Source: Bugula neritina (Eukaryota; Animalia; Bryozoa). From it: DNA of 64,000 nucleotides. Made by a program: the position numbers and the translations under genes. Under the pieces are notes generated by a model, which was given only the letters and a program-made list of their open reading frames with translations, had not been told where the DNA came from and made no database searches. Of the stretch, positions 63,011-64,000 are shown piece after piece. How positions within the stretch are numbered: position 1 is the stretch's first letter; each line of letters starts with the position of its first letter. The stretch spans positions 35,178,080 through 35,242,079 of the forward strand of contig OZ037765.1 in assembly GCA_964035545.1 (NCBI GenBank), given 5' to 3'.

Positions 63011-64000
63011 CAGTCTGTCTGATTTTCAGCTTTATTACCAACATTTAATCTACCACAAACAAGAAGATACATTCATGACATCATTTCCCTTTAGCTTTAG
63101 CAGCAAATGTATAGACAAAGAATTATATTCTATGCAAGTTTTTTTACATTGAATAACATCTTAATTATTATGTAATCATGTTGCTACTTTATCTATTTCA
63201 TTATTTTATATAGCCTCAACAACTACTCATAATACTTTGTATTTTGCATCTTAGAAGTTAATTAATGCATAATTGAGTTTTCCAGTTGTCTATTTGAACC
63301 TTTGATTTTGGTAAAAATGATACATTTTTCAACCGGAATTTCTAAATAAGTTAAACTTTGATCGTCTTCATGTAAAATAATGCTAATTAATTAAAGTTGA
63401 GGTTCTTTCATGAACACAACTTCTTTTGTTATAATTTTAATCTGGAACACAGGCTTTTCTCAGTTTATACTGCATCTACTTTTCTCTCTATAGCAGTAGA
63501 AGGTTGACTGTAGTATAGCGCTGCCTTTTCCCATTACAAAAGATAGTAAATTATTACCTAAACATTTTCAACTATACCATATAACATAACATAATATAAT
63601 AACAATCTGGGATTTTTATATACTCCAAGTTTTACTCTAGTTTAAAAATAAAGTACTAAGCTTATTCTAAAAGTGACAAAAATCTCTTATAATGTATTAA
63701 CCATGACTACTGTCTCAGCTAGAAACTGTAGCTTAATTCAAGCAAACATACTTCAAGTCTTGACTCAGAGAGCTAACACAGCTTTAAGGAAGCTGAATTA
63801 TGTGATATGCAACTCAAAGTGAAATAACTTCATGTGAATAGCTCAGCTACAGAGAGAGACATGGAAGCACAACTCTACCATGTGTACATTAGCAAACAAT
63901 AGGCCCTTTGCTAAGGGTTGGGCACAGATTTCTTAAAAATCTTGTACATATCAAAGGTTCTACTAAAACTAGTAAAGTCATGCAGCTAAAAGTCGTACGA

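Overview
AT-rich, intron-rich animal (invertebrate-like) genomic DNA with two divergently oriented multi-exon genes. (1) On the minus strand is a prominin-family five-TM glycoprotein gene (18 predicted coding exons, 22160->840, about 874 aa). Its introns are full of minisatellites and one holds an intact, young Gypsy LTR retrotransposon (10301-17799). (2) On the plus strand is a gene (about 25723->63010, about 1523 aa if all exons are used) with an unusual architecture: short N-terminus, a tandem array of nine symmetrical 141-bp exons each encoding two LRRs with hypervariable surface residues, a Roc GTPase plus COR domain, an acidic linker, a caspase with intact His/Cys catalytic motifs, and a terminal basic + CaaX motif (RKRNSCSII*). 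This looks like a single-chain variable-sensor/GTPase-switch/protease, probably an innate-immune receptor, and is the main candidate novel system. Its introns carry a non-autonomous BEL/Pao-like element, three degenerate Gypsy relatives, a Tc1 transposon split by one of them, a dead LINE and a probable solo LTR. The Gypsy family itself has a conserved intron-containing third ORF (zinc finger/RS-rich/coiled coil, not env) and a covarying frameshift stem-loop. All exon structures were derived by hand from GT-AG sites, phase continuity and protein motifs. No database search or transcript data was available.
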